Both the position numbers and the translations under genes were made by a program. The notes under the pieces were generated by a model, which was given only the letters and a program-made list of their open reading frames with translations, was not told the origin of the DNA and made no database searches. A stretch of DNA of 64,000 nucleotides. It comes from Candidatus Aminicenantales bacterium (lineage in GTDB: Bacteria; Acidobacteriota; Aminicenantia; Aminicenantales; Saccharicenantaceae). The stretch lies in NCBI GenBank assembly GCA_049512315.1, contig JBEKXF010000003.1, positions 1 to 64,000 on the forward strand, written 5' to 3'. Within the stretch, counting starts at the first letter, position 1. Each line of letters begins with the position of its first letter. Shown in pieces: positions 63,386 to 64,000 of this stretch.

Positions 63386-64000
63386 ATGAAAAACGCGAGA
63401 AAGATCCGGAGGGTTCTCAAGAGCCAGCCGACGCTCGAGGGGGCGGGCGTCCATCTCCACCGCGGCTTCGGCTTCCGCGAGGTACCGATGTTCGACCCCT
63501 TTCTCATGTTCGACGATTTCCGCCAGGACGACCCGGCGAAGTACCTGCCGGGATTCCCCTGGCACCCCCACCGCGGCATCGAGACGATCACCTATATGCT
63601 CCGCGGCACGGCCGAGCATGGCGACAGCATGGGCAACAAGGGTGTCATCGGCCCGGGCGACGTCCAGTGGATGACGGCCGGCAGCGGCATCATCCACCAG
63701 GAGATGCCCAAGGGTGGGAAGGACGGCCGCATGGGCGGCTTCCAGCTCTGGGCCAACCTGCCCGCCGCCCAGAAAATGATGGACCCCCACTACCGGGACG
63801 TGAAGCGGGCGGATATTCCCGAGGTCGTCCTCAAGAGCGGGGCCAAGGTCGGTGTCATCTGCGGCCGCGTCGAACGGACGATCGGCCCGGTCAGGGACAT
63901 CGTGACCGACCCCGAGTTTCTCGATGTCACGGTCCCTCCCGGCTCGGCGTTCAGCCATCCGACGACACCCGGCCATACCGTGATCGCCTACGTCATCGAC
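63386..64000 (+). CDS. Pirin-family protein, truncated by the window end
   Basis: GGAGG RBS; EGAGV..R, DPFL.FD, GFPWHPHRGIETITY, H.DS.GN, VQWMTAGSGIIHQEMP, QLW.NLP. Confidence 0.93.
   Translation, partial: MKNARKIRRVLKSQPTLEGAGVHLHRGFGFREVPMFDPFLMFDDFRQDDPAKYLPGFPWHPHRGIETITYMLRGTAEHGDSMGNKGVIGPGDVQWMTAGSGIIHQEMPKGGKDGRMGGFQLWANLPAAQKMMDPHYRDVKRADIPEVVLKSGAKVGVICGRVERTIGPVRDIVTDPEFLDVTVPPGSAFSHPTTPGHTVIAYVID

Overview
A GC-rich, gene-dense stretch of bacterial chromosome with about 50 protein-coding genes and one tRNA(CAT). I see no CRISPR array, rRNA or prophage. Gene content suggests a diderm, anaerobic peptide and sugar fermenter, possibly Aminicenantia/Acidobacteriota (inference only). 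In order: the left end of an IS element at the window edge; an MFSD1-like MFS transporter; exported proteins, including a sigma54-promoted FecR/DUF6600-type protein; a ribose-type ABC transporter; a FadL porin; agmatinase; an S9 peptidase; a pilH/pilI/TPR/pilD block; tRNA(CAT)-tilS; an HD-GYP phosphodiesterase; an NTPase-MoaD-AOR-tandem aldolase-LutC-LutB/A cluster; a type IV filament/T2SS-like operon divergent from a small secreted-peptide ORF, a PDZ-type sensor kinase and a sigma54 activator; an M1 peptidase with a sigma54 promoter; speD/Lrp/glnA; scpAB-ispH-rpsA-IHF-HIT-PpiD; OPT, aminopeptidase, PatB and APC genes; and a partial pirin gene. The best candidates for undescribed biology are (1) the AOR-aldolase-lactate dehydrogenase cluster, (2) the peptide/PDZ-kinase/sigma54 module facing the pilus operon, and (3) two intergenic candidate sRNAs. 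All product calls come from motif recognition by eye; no database searches were run.
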